A stretch of DNA of 64,000 bases from an uncultured Verrucomicrobiota bacterium (GCA_964466945.1 CAYXPA010000009.1:37-64036), one strand, 5' to 3'. Numbered from the stretch's first letter, positions 1 through 9,270 are shown. The notes: generated by a model from the sequence alone, not told the origin. Numbers and translations: made by a program.

Positions 1-62
1 CTGCGGAGATTAGGTTCAAGCTTGGTCGCGTTTCGCGTGAGGAGGAAATTTGGGGCCAAGAG

Positions 63-104
63 TTTGGCGCGAGGGCGCGCCAAACCGCACGCGGGGCGCG
101 TGCG
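63..104 (-). terminator. Two adjacent perfect GC-rich hairpins just downstream of nuoD (possible terminator or REP-like structure)
   Basis: TTTGGCGCG-AGGG-CGCGCCAAA (63-84, 9-bp stem) is followed directly by CGCACGCG-GGG-CGCGTGCG (86-104, 8-bp stem). They lie 28 nt past the nuoD stop on the minus strand. There is no U-tract, so intrinsic-terminator status is uncertain. Confidence 0.3.
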
Positions 105-131
105 CTCCCCCGCCAATTCAGTTCTGCGGTC

Positions 132-1391
132 TCAGCGGTCCACTTCGCCCATGACAATGTCCACGCTGCCGAGGATGACCACGGCGTCGGCCAGCGTGTG
201 GCCCAAGCAAAGGTCTTCGAGGATGGTGAGGTTGACGAAGCTGGGCGGGCGCACGCGGTAGCGGTACGGGTTGGGGCCGCCGTCGCTGATGAGGTAAAAG
301 CCCAGTTCGCCCTTGGGGGCCTCGATGCGACCGTAGGCCTCGCCCGGTTTGGGCCGCAGGCCGCGCAACTTGACCTGGGGGTTGCTAACCGGCCCGGCCG
401 GGATGTCGCGCAGGGCCTGGCGGAGGATTTCGCACGACTCGCGGATTTCCAGCAGCCGGACCAGGTACCGGTCGTAGATGTCGCCGTGCTCGCCGAGCGG
501 GACGCGGAAGTGGAAGCGGTCGTAGAAGCCGTAGCGGTCCACCTTGCGCACGTCGTAGTTCACGCCGCTGGCGCGGAGCATGGGGCCGGTGACGCCGGCA
601 TTGATCGCCAGCGCCGGTGGCAGCACGCCGATGCCCACGGTGCGGGCGAGCAGGATTTCGTTCGCGCTGAGGAGGGCCTCGAATTCATCGAGAAACCGCG
701 GCAGGCCGTCCACAAACCGCGCCACGCCCTCGAGCCAGCCGGGCGGCAGGTCGCACCGGCAGCCGCCGAAGCGGAAGTAATTGCACATCATCCGGGCCCC
801 GGTGAGCGCCTCGAACAGGTCGAGCACCTTCTCGCGCTCGCGGAAGGCGTACATCAGGGGCGTGCCCATCGTGCCCATGTCGTGGGTCAAAAAGCCGATC
901 AGGCACAGGTGATTGAGGATGCGGGTCAGCTCGGCGGTGATGACACGGATGTACTCGGCGCGCTCGGGCACGGTGATGCCGGCGAGCTTTTCCACCGTGA
1001 GCACGTAGGCCCAGTTGTTGGTCAGCGAGCAAAAGTAGTCCAGCCGGTCCGTGTACGGGATCGAGCCCAGGTAGCTGGTCTGCTCGCCGATCTTCTCGTG
1101 ATTGCGGTGCAGGTAGCCGAAGACCGGCTTGAGCCGGCGCACCCGCTCGCCCTCGAGCACCACGTCCATTCGGAAGACGCCGTGCGTCGAGGGGTGGTGC
1201 GGCCCCACCGAGACCTCGAGCCATTCGTCGGTCTCGCCGGGCAGGGGCGCGCGCGCGCAGGGTTTGACCTCGTAACCGGGCGCGGCAGGTGGAGCCAGGA
1301 AAGCCGCCGCGGCGAATGGCGCTTCGGGCCCGGGCCCGCCCGCCACCGCGCCGCTGGCCGTCGCGGGCGCGTCCGTTTCGCGGGAGGTCAT
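132..1391 (-). CDS. nuoD: NADH-quinone oxidoreductase subunit D (49-kDa subunit)
   Basis: 419-aa ORF with typical NuoD blocks ([35 protein letters not shown]). ATGA overlap with nuoC. Gene order is nuoA-B-C-D. Confidence 0.95.
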   Translation of the reverse strand: MTSRETDAPATASGAVAGGPGPEAPFAAAAFLAPPAAPGYEVKPCARAPLPGETDEWLEVSVGPHHPSTHGVFRMDVVLEGERVRRLKPVFGYLHRNHEKIGEQTSYLGSIPYTDRLDYFCSLTNNWAYVLTVEKLAGITVPERAEYIRVITAELTRILNHLCLIGFLTHDMGTMGTPLMYAFREREKVLDLFEALTGARMMCNYFRFGGCRCDLPPGWLEGVARFVDGLPRFLDEFEALLSANEILLARTVGIGVLPPALAINAGVTGPMLRASGVNYDVRKVDRYGFYDRFHFRVPLGEHGDIYDRYLVRLLEIRESCEILRQALRDIPAGPVSNPQVKLRGLRPKPGEAYGRIEAPKGELGFYLISDGGPNPYRYRVRPPSFVNLTILEDLCLGHTLADAVVILGSVDIVMGEVDR

Positions 1392-2041
1392 GCGGCACCT
1401 CCCGGGGGGTAATGCCGGCGCGCCTTGGTCAGGACCTCGTCATGCGGCGTGGGCTCGTACTCGTAGTCGTCGGGTTCGACGTAGTCCTTGCGCATCGGGA
1501 AATCGGCGAACTCATCCCACATCAGGATGCGGCGCAGGTCGGGATGGCCGGTGAACCCGATGCCGAAGAGGTCGTAGGCCTCGCGCTCCTGGAACTCGGC
1601 GCTGCGCCAGACCGGCGTGAGCGAGGTCACCCGGGCGTCCTCGGCCCGGTTGGCGGTGCGCTGGCGCAGGATCAACGGGCCGTGGCGCAAACGCATCGAG
1701 TACAGGTGGTACACCGCCTCGAGTTGGCCGGGCCGCCGCCGCTCGACGCTTTCCTCGAACTCCTGCTCGACGCCGTCCACGACGCGCCGGACCTTGACCT
1801 TCTCTTGGAAGACCGTTTCCGGCCAGTCCACGCCGGTGACATTCGAGCAGTAATCGAAGGCCAGGTCCGGGGCGTCGCGCAGGTAGCGCGCTACAGCAAG
1901 GGCATGGTCGCGATCCACCACCAGCGAGGCCTGGGCGGGCACGGCCGGGTTGGGCTCCAGGCGCACGTCGGCGCCGGGCACGGCGGCCCGCAGTCGGTCG
2001 CGGATGGATTCGAGGCTTTCCACGGGCGCGGGTACGGGCAT
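1388..2041 (-). CDS. nuoC: NADH-quinone oxidoreductase subunit C (30-kDa subunit)
   Basis: The ORF track starts at 2257, but its first 72 residues are Arg/Pro/Ala-rich and overlap nuoB. The internal ATG at 2039-2041 overlaps the nuoB stop as TGATG and gives a 217-aa protein with NuoC-like blocks ([20 protein letters not shown]). Confidence 0.88.
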   Translation of the reverse strand: MPVPAPVESLESIRDRLRAAVPGADVRLEPNPAVPAQASLVVDRDHALAVARYLRDAPDLAFDYCSNVTGVDWPETVFQEKVKVRRVVDGVEQEFEESVERRRPGQLEAVYHLYSMRLRHGPLILRQRTANRAEDARVTSLTPVWRSAEFQEREAYDLFGIGFTGHPDLRRILMWDEFADFPMRKDYVEPDDYEYEPTPHDEVLTKARRHYPPGGAA

Positions 2042-2661
2042 CAACCGGCTTCGTCCCGCACCACCACGGGCGGGCGCCACACCTCGGGATTGTGCGGGGG
2101 CTGCAGGTCGTACGGCCCGTAAGCCGGCACGGGGAACTCGGCCGGCGCATCTTCCCGCAGGTGGCGGGGGCGGTCCTCGCCGACGAGGGGCTGGGCCGCG
2201 ATCTTTTGCTGGAGCTGGATGAGGCCGTGCAGCAGCGCCTCCGGCTTTGGCGGACAACCGGGGATGTGGATGTCCACCGGCAGGTAGCGGTCAATGCCCT
2301 TGAGCACATTGTAACCCTGCTTGAACGGACCGCCGGAGATGGCGCAGGCGCCCATGGCGATGACGTATTTGGGCTCGGGCATCTGGTTGTAGAGCCGCAC
2401 CACCAGCGGCGCCATTTTTTTGGTGACGGTGCCGGCCACGATCATCAGATCGGCCTGGCGAGGCGAGGGGCGGAAGACCTCGGCGCCGAAGCGGGCGATG
2501 TCGAAGCGGGCCATCGAGGCGGCGATCATTTCGATGGCGCAACAGGCCAGGCCGAAGTTCAGCGGCCACATCGAATTGCGCCGACTCCAGTTGTACAGGT
2601 CCTGCAAGGTGGTGGTGAACACCCCCTGCTTGCTCAACTCGCTGCGCAGGCCCTCGTCCAT
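2041..2661 (-). CDS. nuoB: NADH-quinone oxidoreductase subunit B (20-kDa, N2 cluster)
   Basis: 206 aa with the conserved Cys-containing blocks [18 protein letters not shown] and IPGCPPKPE. Confidence 0.95.
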   Translation of the reverse strand: MDEGLRSELSKQGVFTTTLQDLYNWSRRNSMWPLNFGLACCAIEMIAASMARFDIARFGAEVFRPSPRQADLMIVAGTVTKKMAPLVVRLYNQMPEPKYVIAMGACAISGGPFKQGYNVLKGIDRYLPVDIHIPGCPPKPEALLHGLIQLQQKIAAQPLVGEDRPRHLREDAPAEFPVPAYGPYDLQPPHNPEVWRPPVVVRDEAG

Positions 2662-2706
2662 GCGTGCATCATAGCCCGGCGCCCGCGCACCGCCACTGCC
2701 CCGGCG

Positions 2707-3081
2707 TCACTGCCATTCCAGAACCCCCTTGCGCCAGGCCCACACCAGCCCTTCGACCAGCAGCAACACAAACCCCAACATGGCCAGCACCGCCCCCGCG
2801 GGCAGCCCGGCGTACGCCACGGCAAAGGGCAGCAGGAAGAGCATCTCCACGTCAAAAATCAGAAACGCCAGCGCGTACAGGTAATAGCCGGAGTGGAATC
2901 GTACCCCGGTCTCGCCCGGCGAGGGCAGCCCGCACTCGTAGGGGGCGGTTTTCTCCGGACCGGGCTTGGGCGGGGCAAACCAACGCGCCCACAGCCGCGC
3001 CAGCGCCAGCGGGGTCACGCAAAAGACCGTGGCCACGGCGGCCAGGACCGCCAGAAACAGGTACGACGGTGCGCCGGTCAT
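2707..3081 (-). CDS. nuoA: NADH-quinone oxidoreductase subunit A
   Basis: 124 aa, three hydrophobic segments, PYECG motif, first position in the nuo cluster. Confidence 0.9.
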   Translation of the reverse strand: MTGAPSYLFLAVLAAVATVFCVTPLALARLWARWFAPPKPGPEKTAPYECGLPSPGETGVRFHSGYYLYALAFLIFDVEMLFLLPFAVAYAGLPAGAVLAMLGFVLLLVEGLVWAWRKGVLEWQ

Positions 3082-3083
3082 GG

Positions 3084-3350
3084 TCAGGAAGCCTCCGGCC
3101 GGTGCGGTCGCAGGCCCACCGAGCGGGCGATGTCCTCGAACTCCTCGCGGCTGACCGTCTCGAGCCGCTGGCCGCGGGCGGCGAGCTTCTCGTTGATCTT
3201 GATGGCCTTCTCGGTCATCTCCGCGTGCGTGGCCTCGGTGCCGCCCACCAGGGCGAAGTTCGGGCCGGTGGTAACACGCTTGTGCCCGTCGGAGTCCAGC
3301 CCGACCCCCAGCAGGAGCGCCTTGCGGTGTTGCGGCGAGCGTCGCGACAT
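3084..3350 (-). CDS. Small hypothetical protein (88 aa) directly upstream of nuoA
   Basis: Strong GC3 codon bias and a balanced charged/hydrophobic composition. Its stop lies 2 nt before the nuoA ATG. I recognise no domain. Confidence 0.65.
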   Translation of the reverse strand: MSRRSPQHRKALLLGVGLDSDGHKRVTTGPNFALVGGTEATHAEMTEKAIKINEKLAARGQRLETVSREEFEDIARSVGLRPHRPEAS

Positions 3351-3479
3351 GCCGACAAACTAGGCGCGCCCGGGCCCGGTTCCAAGCGCAAAGGTGCCGC
3401 CATCGGCGGGACGTCCGGCGGCCGGGCGCGCGCGTGTTTCAACTCGCCAACCTTGGCACGCCCGGCTACGTTGCCTGTC

Positions 3480-4658
3480 ATGAAGCTGGTCCACCGGTTG
3501 AGGCCATCGCCCCTGCTGCTGGCCGGTCTGTTGGCCGTGCCCTCTGCCGCGTTTGCCGCGGAGACTCCACCGCTGCCGCCACTGCCGCCGGACCCGCCGC
3601 CGGTGCAACGCCGCACCAACCGGGTCACCTTTGTCCGCCCGCAAAGCAACTTCGTCACCGTACGAACCAACCTCCCCACGGCCGCCCCGCCCATACCCAG
3701 CGCACCCGCGTTTCGCCCCGCCCAGCGCAGTCCGTTGCCCCCGAACCGTCCCCCGCCGCTGTTGGCCCGGCCGCCCGAGCAATTGCCGCCGCTGACCCTC
3801 CCGCCGTCCGACCCGACCGTCGTGCCGGGTCTGGTGCCCGCCCCGGCGCACAACCCGGCCGTGGCGGTCGTGCCCGCACCGGGCACGGTGCCGAACATTC
3901 GCGCGGCCGTGGTCACGCCGCCCAAACAAGAAACCGTGCTGGCCTGGGACGGGTTGGTGAAGGAAGAGACGCTCAAGCCCGGCGCCACCAGCGGGCACTT
4001 TACCTTCAGCTTCACCAACACGGCGCCCGAGGAAGTGGTGATCCATTTCGTGCGCACCTCCTGCGGTTGCACCACCGCCAAACTGCCGCCCCTGCCCTGG
4101 CGCATCCCGCCCGGCGGTACCGGGTCGTTCGACGTGGAGCTGGACGCCCGCGGCAAGAGCGGCGTGGTCACCAAGACCGTGACCGTGGAATCCTCGGCCG
4201 GCTACCGCTACCTGACCGTGCGCGTGGCCCTCCCGGCGGCCGGCGGCAGCGTCATGGCCGCCGCCGACCGCTCGCGCAACCTGCAAATTGCCCTGGCCGA
4301 CCGCCAGGCCGTGCTCAAGGGCGATTGCGCCGTGTGCCACGTGACCCCCGGCATCGGGAAAATGGGGGCCGAGCTTTACACGGCGGTCTGCGGCGTCTGT
4401 CACGAGGCCGAGCACCGCGCCTCGATGGTGCCCAATTTGCGCGCGTTGAGCCGCCCGCTCTCGGCCGACCAGTGGCGCAGCATCATTCGCTCCGGCAAAG
4501 CCGACAGTCTCATGCCCGCCTTCGCCGCCAGCGAAAACGGCTTCATGACCGATGCCCAAATCGAGTCGCTGGTCCAGTACCTTACCGGGCCCTTCCGCAC
4601 CAGCGCCCCACCCGGCGCCGTACCGTCTGCTCCACGGCCGGTGCTACCCACCGAGTAA
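3480..4658 (+). CDS. Exported DUF1573-domain / c-type cytochrome fusion protein with a proline-rich linker
   Basis: In-frame ATG at 3480 followed by a signal peptide (MKLVHRLRPSPLLLAGLLAVPSAAFA). About 130 aa of Pro-rich low complexity. DUF1573-like block (FTFSFTNT..VVIHFVRTSCGCTTAKL). The C-terminus has CAVCH and CGVCH plus LMPAF, a class-I cytochrome c pattern. The upstream part of track ORF 2664-4658 overlaps nuoA and is rejected. Confidence 0.8.
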   Translation: MKLVHRLRPSPLLLAGLLAVPSAAFAAETPPLPPLPPDPPPVQRRTNRVTFVRPQSNFVTVRTNLPTAAPPIPSAPAFRPAQRSPLPPNRPPPLLARPPEQLPPLTLPPSDPTVVPGLVPAPAHNPAVAVVPAPGTVPNIRAAVVTPPKQETVLAWDGLVKEETLKPGATSGHFTFSFTNTAPEEVVIHFVRTSCGCTTAKLPPLPWRIPPGGTGSFDVELDARGKSGVVTKTVTVESSAGYRYLTVRVALPAAGGSVMAAADRSRNLQIALADRQAVLKGDCAVCHVTPGIGKMGAELYTAVCGVCHEAEHRASMVPNLRALSRPLSADQWRSIIRSGKADSLMPAFAASENGFMTDAQIESLVQYLTGPFRTSAPPGAVPSAPRPVLPTE

Positions 4659-5492
4659 GTGGTGAACCCCGCCGCCGCAGCGCCCGAACCCGGAGCGTCT
4701 CCCTCTGGCGCCTTGCCCGCGGGCGCGGCCGGCATGGGTAAGCCGCCGGCAGGCGACTCACCGAACCCGCCGCTCAACCCGCCGTCGCCTCGCCGCCCGC
4801 CGCCCGAGAATCTCTGGCTCAATCTCGGCTTCAACGCGGCCGCGCCGGCGTTGATCCTCACCTTCCTCAGCGCCCCGAACCGGCTGGGCCCGGCCGGCGC
4901 GCTGGTCACGGCGCTTCTGTTCCCGCTGGGCTACGGGGCTTGGGACTTGTGGCGGCGGCGGACGTGGAACCTTTTGTCCGCGCTGGGGCTCGCCGGAACG
5001 CTGGTGACCGGCGGGCTGGGCTTGCTGGAAATGAGCGGCTTTTGGTTCGCCGTGAAGGAAGCCGCCCTGCCGGTGCTGCTGGGCCTGGCCATCCCGCTTT
5101 CGTTGCGCACGCGCCAGCCACTGGTGAAAACTCTCCTCTACAACGACCAGGTCCTGGACACCACCCGCATTGGAGCAGCCCTGGCCGCGCGCGGCCAGCA
5201 GGCCCGCTTCGAGGCACTCCTGGCGTGGGCCTCGTGGGTGCTGGCGGCCACGCTGCTGGTCAGCGCCGCCATCAACTTCGCGCTGGCCTGGTGGCTCCTG
5301 CCCGCGACCTCCGGCACCGATGAATTCAACCGCCAGCTCGCCAAGCTCCAGCTCTGGAGCTGGCCGGGCACGTTTCTGCCCATGGCCGCCGGGATGTTCT
5401 ATGCGCTGTCCCGACTGCTCAAAGGCCTCGAGGCCCTCACCGGCCTGCGCGGCGAGGAGCTGTTTCACCCCCGCGCGCGCCGCGGCGCGTAA
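4659..5492 (+). CDS. Multi-pass inner-membrane protein (resembles the VC0807 / septation-protein-A-like family)
   Basis: 277-aa ORF with about 5-6 hydrophobic helices after a Pro/Ala-rich N-terminus. The start is uncertain: GTG at 4659, or a downstream ATG at the AAGMGKPP position. Confidence 0.65.
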   Translation: MVNPAAAAPEPGASPSGALPAGAAGMGKPPAGDSPNPPLNPPSPRRPPPENLWLNLGFNAAAPALILTFLSAPNRLGPAGALVTALLFPLGYGAWDLWRRRTWNLLSALGLAGTLVTGGLGLLEMSGFWFAVKEAALPVLLGLAIPLSLRTRQPLVKTLLYNDQVLDTTRIGAALAARGQQARFEALLAWASWVLAATLLVSAAINFALAWWLLPATSGTDEFNRQLAKLQLWSWPGTFLPMAAGMFYALSRLLKGLEALTGLRGEELFHPRARRGA

Positions 5493-5598
5493 GCCGGCGG
5501 CCACAGGGCCCGATACCCCGAGAGTGGCGCGCAAAATTTGCTCGCCGCCCAAGGGTACGCTTCCACAATGCGCACGGACTTCACCGAGCGAATCCGCC

Positions 5599-6393
5599 AT
5601 GCAAACGCCTTTCCACTCCGTCGTTTCCCAAATCCTCCGAGCCGGCCTGGCTGCCGGCCTGATCACGGTGCTCTTGACCGCCTGCACCGCGTCGCGCGAA
5701 ACCGCACCCGCGAGCGCCGCGCCGGCCCCGACCGCGCCAACCCAGCCCGGCGCCGCGTCCACCACCCTACCGAGGCCCGCGCCGGTTCCGCCGCGTGCCG
5801 AGTATCCGTTCCAGGAATTGCCCGAGTGGCCGGCGGGGAACTGGATTTCCCTTTTCGACGGCCGTTCCCTCGCGGGCTGGCGGGTCACGGAGTTCGCCGG
5901 CGCGGGCGAAGTGCGCGTCGAAGAGGGCCGGATGATCCTGGGCATGGGCGCGATGCTCACCGGGGTGAACCTGGTCCGGACCAATGACCTGGCCACGCAG
6001 AATTACGAGATCGGCCTGGACGCGATGCGGGTCGAGGGGAGCGACTTTTTCTGCGCGCTGACCTTCCCGGTGGGGGACAGTTGCTGCACCTTCCTGCTGG
6101 GCGGCTGGGGCGGCGGGGTGGTGGGCATCTCGAGCATCAACGGCAACGACGCCTCGCTCAACGAGACCACCAAATACCTCAACTTCGAGTCCGGCCGCTG
6201 GTACCGCGTGCGGGTGCGGGTGACCCCGCAAAAACTCGAGGCCTGGATCGGCGCCCAGCAAATGGTGGACGTCGAACTCGAAGGCAAGCGCATCAGCGTG
6301 CGCCCGGGAGAAATCGAACTGAGCCAGCCCTGGGGCATCGCCACCTGGCAGACCACCGGCGCCATTCGCGACGTGCGCTACCGCAGGCTTTGA
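5599..6393 (+). CDS. DUF1080 (3-keto-disaccharide hydrolase-like) domain lipoprotein
   Basis: ATG at 5599 with a lipoprotein-type signal (LLTAC). DUF1080 hallmarks: WISLFDGRSLAGWRV, WYRVRVRV, and a terminal IRDVRYRRL. Confidence 0.8.
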   Translation: MQTPFHSVVSQILRAGLAAGLITVLLTACTASRETAPASAAPAPTAPTQPGAASTTLPRPAPVPPRAEYPFQELPEWPAGNWISLFDGRSLAGWRVTEFAGAGEVRVEEGRMILGMGAMLTGVNLVRTNDLATQNYEIGLDAMRVEGSDFFCALTFPVGDSCCTFLLGGWGGGVVGISSINGNDASLNETTKYLNFESGRWYRVRVRVTPQKLEAWIGAQQMVDVELEGKRISVRPGEIELSQPWGIATWQTTGAIRDVRYRRL

Positions 6394-6483
6394 AGCCCCG
6401 GTCCGCCGGCGGCGGGAAGCTTCACAGGGGCGACGGCAAACCGCCTTTTACGCGCGCGTCCCGGAGCTCGCGCGCCACCCCGC

Positions 6484-7248
6484 TCACAGAGTGGGGGGGC
6501 TCCGCAGCGCCCCTGCTTCCAACTCCGGCACCAGGTCAAACTGGTCGCGCTGCGCGCAAAACGCGACATCCGCCCGTAGCTCCGGCCGTTCCAGCAGCCG
6601 CCGACCGTTGCGCGACAACGCCAACGCGCCCGCCAAATCGCCCGCGAACGGCCGGTAAAGCTGCCGCGCCATCAGGGCCGCGTCGCTGACCCGTTCCGCC
6701 GGGTAAACCCCGTCCAGTGCCTCTACCAGCGCGCCGGCGGCCAGCGTGTCCTCGAACGCGGCCTCCTCGCCCGTGCCGCTGCCCACCAGAAGCAGCCGCG
6801 CGGGCCGGACTTGTCCGATCCGGCGCGCCAGCGCGGACAAATTGAGCAACGCTCCGGCCCACACGAAGCGCGCGCCCGCGCAGGCCCGCAACGCCCGCGT
6901 GCCGTTGGTCGTGGTCATCACCAACGTGCGGCCCTGCACGCGTTCGGCGACAAACTCCCGCGGGGAATTGCCCAGATCGAACTCCACTCCGCCGCTGAGC
7001 GCCGCTCCGATGCGGACCCCGTCCCGTTCTCCGGCCAGCAACACGTCGGGCCGCGCCCGCCGCACGGCCAACGCCTCGGGAATGTCGGCCACGGGCACGA
7101 CGGCCGCCGCGCCACGAGCCAGCGCCGTCACGATGCTGCTGGTGGCGCGCAGCACGTCGAACACCACGCAGGCCGTGGCGCTCAGGTCCCGTCGCGCCAG
7201 GGCTGCGAACTCGGCAGGAGTAAAAATCACGTCCACCGCGCTATCCAT
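6484..7248 (-). CDS. comB: 2-phosphosulfolactate phosphatase family protein
   Basis: 254 aa with ComB-type blocks (VVFDVLRATSSIVTAL, GERDG, LGNSPREF, TTTNGTRAL). Confidence 0.82.
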   Translation of the reverse strand: MDSAVDVIFTPAEFAALARRDLSATACVVFDVLRATSSIVTALARGAAAVVPVADIPEALAVRRARPDVLLAGERDGVRIGAALSGGVEFDLGNSPREFVAERVQGRTLVMTTTNGTRALRACAGARFVWAGALLNLSALARRIGQVRPARLLLVGSGTGEEAAFEDTLAAGALVEALDGVYPAERVSDAALMARQLYRPFAGDLAGALALSRNGRRLLERPELRADVAFCAQRDQFDLVPELEAGALRSPPTL

Positions 7249-7349
7249 CCCCGCTGAGCTTGTGCCGCCCGCCCGCGCCTGCCAAATCCGAATTCCCGTC
7301 GGCCGCGGCGCATTTCATTTTCTGACAGCGGGTCGCCGGGGGCGAGGCC

Positions 7350-7495
7350 GTAGCGCAGACTTCCAAGTCTGCCGTACCGCGGATTTCCAATCCGCCGACG
7401 CGGCAAACTTCCGGACAGTAACGAACGGTCTTGGGACCGGTCTTGGCCGGCCGACTGGAAGTCAGCGATACAGCAGGTTGGGAAACCTGCGCTAC
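7350..7495 (+). repeat. Palindromic MITE/REP-like element, copy A
   Basis: Starts GTAGCGCAGACTTCCAAGTCTGC and ends GCAGGTTGGGAAACCTGCGCTAC, with 9-bp terminal inverted repeats GTAGCGCAG/CTGCGCTAC. The two 45-nt arms are 34/45 identical as an inverted repeat. Same family as 43191-43323, 43368-43501 and 51378-51511. Confidence 0.75.
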
Positions 7496-7695
7496 GCCAG
7501 AGATCCCCGCCTGCGATAAACTGAGATGCGCCGTGTCGGTTAGCCGCCCGACCCCGGCCGGTCTCTAACGGGGAGGTCGGCGTGGCGCGGCCAGGGGGCA
7601 GCGTTGCGAACTTGCCACGGCCCGCGGACGGGCGTAGGCATGGCCCTGGCAATTACCCCGTTGAAGTTTGAACCCACGATGCCTGAGTTGAACGT

Positions 7696-9270
7696 ATGAA
7701 AACCGATTCCTTCCCCGCCCGTTGCGCCGGTTGTCCCCTCAACCGCCGCCAATTTCTCACCCGTGGCAGCGCCGCCGCGCTTGGCGTTGTGGGAGCGTGG
7801 ACAACGCCCGCCTCGTTGCTGGCCGCCCGCCCGAAAGCCACGCCTCCCGCGCGCATCCGCATCGTGTACGCGCTCCACGCGCCGGTCCAACCCGGCGCGG
7901 ACTGGCCGAACAAGGGCTTTGATTTCCGGCCGGTGATGGCGCGGGTCGAGCGCGAGCTGCGCCGCCGCTGTCCGGGTTTCGAGTTCGTGACCGCACAGGC
8001 CAGCGGCCCGGAGCAGGCCCGGCAAATCCTCGAGGCCGACCGGGCCGCCAGGAATGTGGACGGCTACCTGGTGTACCAGTTGAATTGCTGGAACCAGGTG
8101 GTGCAAACCTTCGCCGCGTCCGGCCAGCCGGTGCTGTACGCGGACTTCCAGTTTGGAGGCAGCGGAGGTTTCCTGGTGTACAACGCGGCCTTCCTGCGCC
8201 ACGGCGCCTCGAACGTGGGCTTCGTGGCCTCTTCGGACTTGAAAGACCTGGCGGAGGCGGTGCGGTGCTTCGCCCTGGTCAAGCAGGGCGGGTCGGTGGC
8301 GGACTTCGTGGCGGCCACGGCACAGGTCCGCGCCCGCAACACGCCCCCGGCGCGCCGCTTGGCGGTCCGGCCGGACCGCCTGCAATGCCTTTCCGCGGAG
8401 GAATGCCTGCGTGAGATGCGGCAGACCCGCATCTTGGCCGTGCGCGACCAAAACGCCGGCGAGGAACCGGCCATCGCCGGCATCCCGGTGCAAAAAGTGC
8501 CGTTTGCCGAATTGAACGACGCCTGGAAGACCGCGGACCGCGACGAGGCGCGGGCCGTGGCGGACCGCTGGCAACGGGCGGCCCGCAAGGTCGTGGGCGT
8601 CTCGCGCCAGACTCTCGAGGATTCCGCGGCGATGTACCTGGCCGAGCGAGCCTTGCTGGACAGGTACGGCGCGCGCGCGATTACCATCAACTGTCTGGGC
8701 GGGTTCTACGGTGGCCATATCCACGCCTACCCCTGCCTGGGCTTTGCGGAGCTGAACAACCAGGGCCTGGTGGGCGGGTGCGAGTGCGACGTGCGCTCCA
8801 CGGCCACGATGCTCATCGGCACGCTGCTCACGCGCGGCCGGCCGGGCTACATCTCCGACCCGGTGCTGGACACGGCGCGGCGTCAGATCATTTACGCCCA
8901 TTGCGTGGCGGCCACGCGGGTCTTCGGCCCGCAAGGTCCGGCCAATCCGTTCGAGATTCTGACCCATTCGGAAGACCGCCAGGGCGCCTCGCTGCGGTCG
9001 CTCCTGCCCGCCGGGTACCTCACCACGACCCTCGAGTTTGATTCCCACCGGAAGCAGATTCTTTTCCACCAGGCCCGGGCCGTGGGCAACGACCCGGATG
9101 ACCGGGCCTGTCGCACCAAGTTGTGCGCCGAGCCGGTGGGCGACCTCGAGAAGCTCTTCCGCGAGTGGGACCAGTGGGGCTGGCATCGGGTCACCTTTTA
9201 CGGGGACCTCAAGGAACCGGTGTACGCCCTGGCCGATGCCCTGGGTTGGAAGGTTTTGGCCGAGGCCTGA
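7696..9270 (+). CDS. Twin-arginine-signal protein with an L-fucose/L-arabinose-isomerase-like C-terminal region
   Basis: N-terminal NRRQFLTRGSAAALGVVGAW is a Tat motif. The block YPCLGFAELNNQGLVGGCECDVRSTATMLIG resembles the FucI/AraA-superfamily catalytic region. The antisense 580-aa ORF is Arg/Gly-rich and rejected. Confidence 0.68.
   Translation: MKTDSFPARCAGCPLNRRQFLTRGSAAALGVVGAWTTPASLLAARPKATPPARIRIVYALHAPVQPGADWPNKGFDFRPVMARVERELRRRCPGFEFVTAQASGPEQARQILEADRAARNVDGYLVYQLNCWNQVVQTFAASGQPVLYADFQFGGSGGFLVYNAAFLRHGASNVGFVASSDLKDLAEAVRCFALVKQGGSVADFVAATAQVRARNTPPARRLAVRPDRLQCLSAEECLREMRQTRILAVRDQNAGEEPAIAGIPVQKVPFAELNDAWKTADRDEARAVADRWQRAARKVVGVSRQTLEDSAAMYLAERALLDRYGARAITINCLGGFYGGHIHAYPCLGFAELNNQGLVGGCECDVRSTATMLIGTLLTRGRPGYISDPVLDTARRQIIYAHCVAATRVFGPQGPANPFEILTHSEDRQGASLRSLLPAGYLTTTLEFDSHRKQILFHQARAVGNDPDDRACRTKLCAEPVGDLEKLFREWDQWGWHRVTFYGDLKEPVYALADALGWKVLAEA

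Noticed and set aside
198-1412. 404-aa plus-strand ORF opposite nuoD, plus the 685-1398, 1289-2122, 1512-2309 and 2092-3363 ORFs over the nuo genes
   Set aside because: The alternative frames and strands of unmistakable nuoA-D genes give Arg/Ala/Gly/Pro-rich, motif-free translations.
2664-3479. N-terminal 272 codons of track ORF 2664-4658, and similar upstream extensions of ORFs 12341-16108, 16232-18025, 21773-24610, 34555-37140, 41330-42856 and 46996-48720
   Set aside because: The extensions overlap neighbouring genes or are compositionally non-protein-like. In each case an internal ATG immediately precedes a signal peptide or the conserved N-terminus, so the shorter models were adopted.
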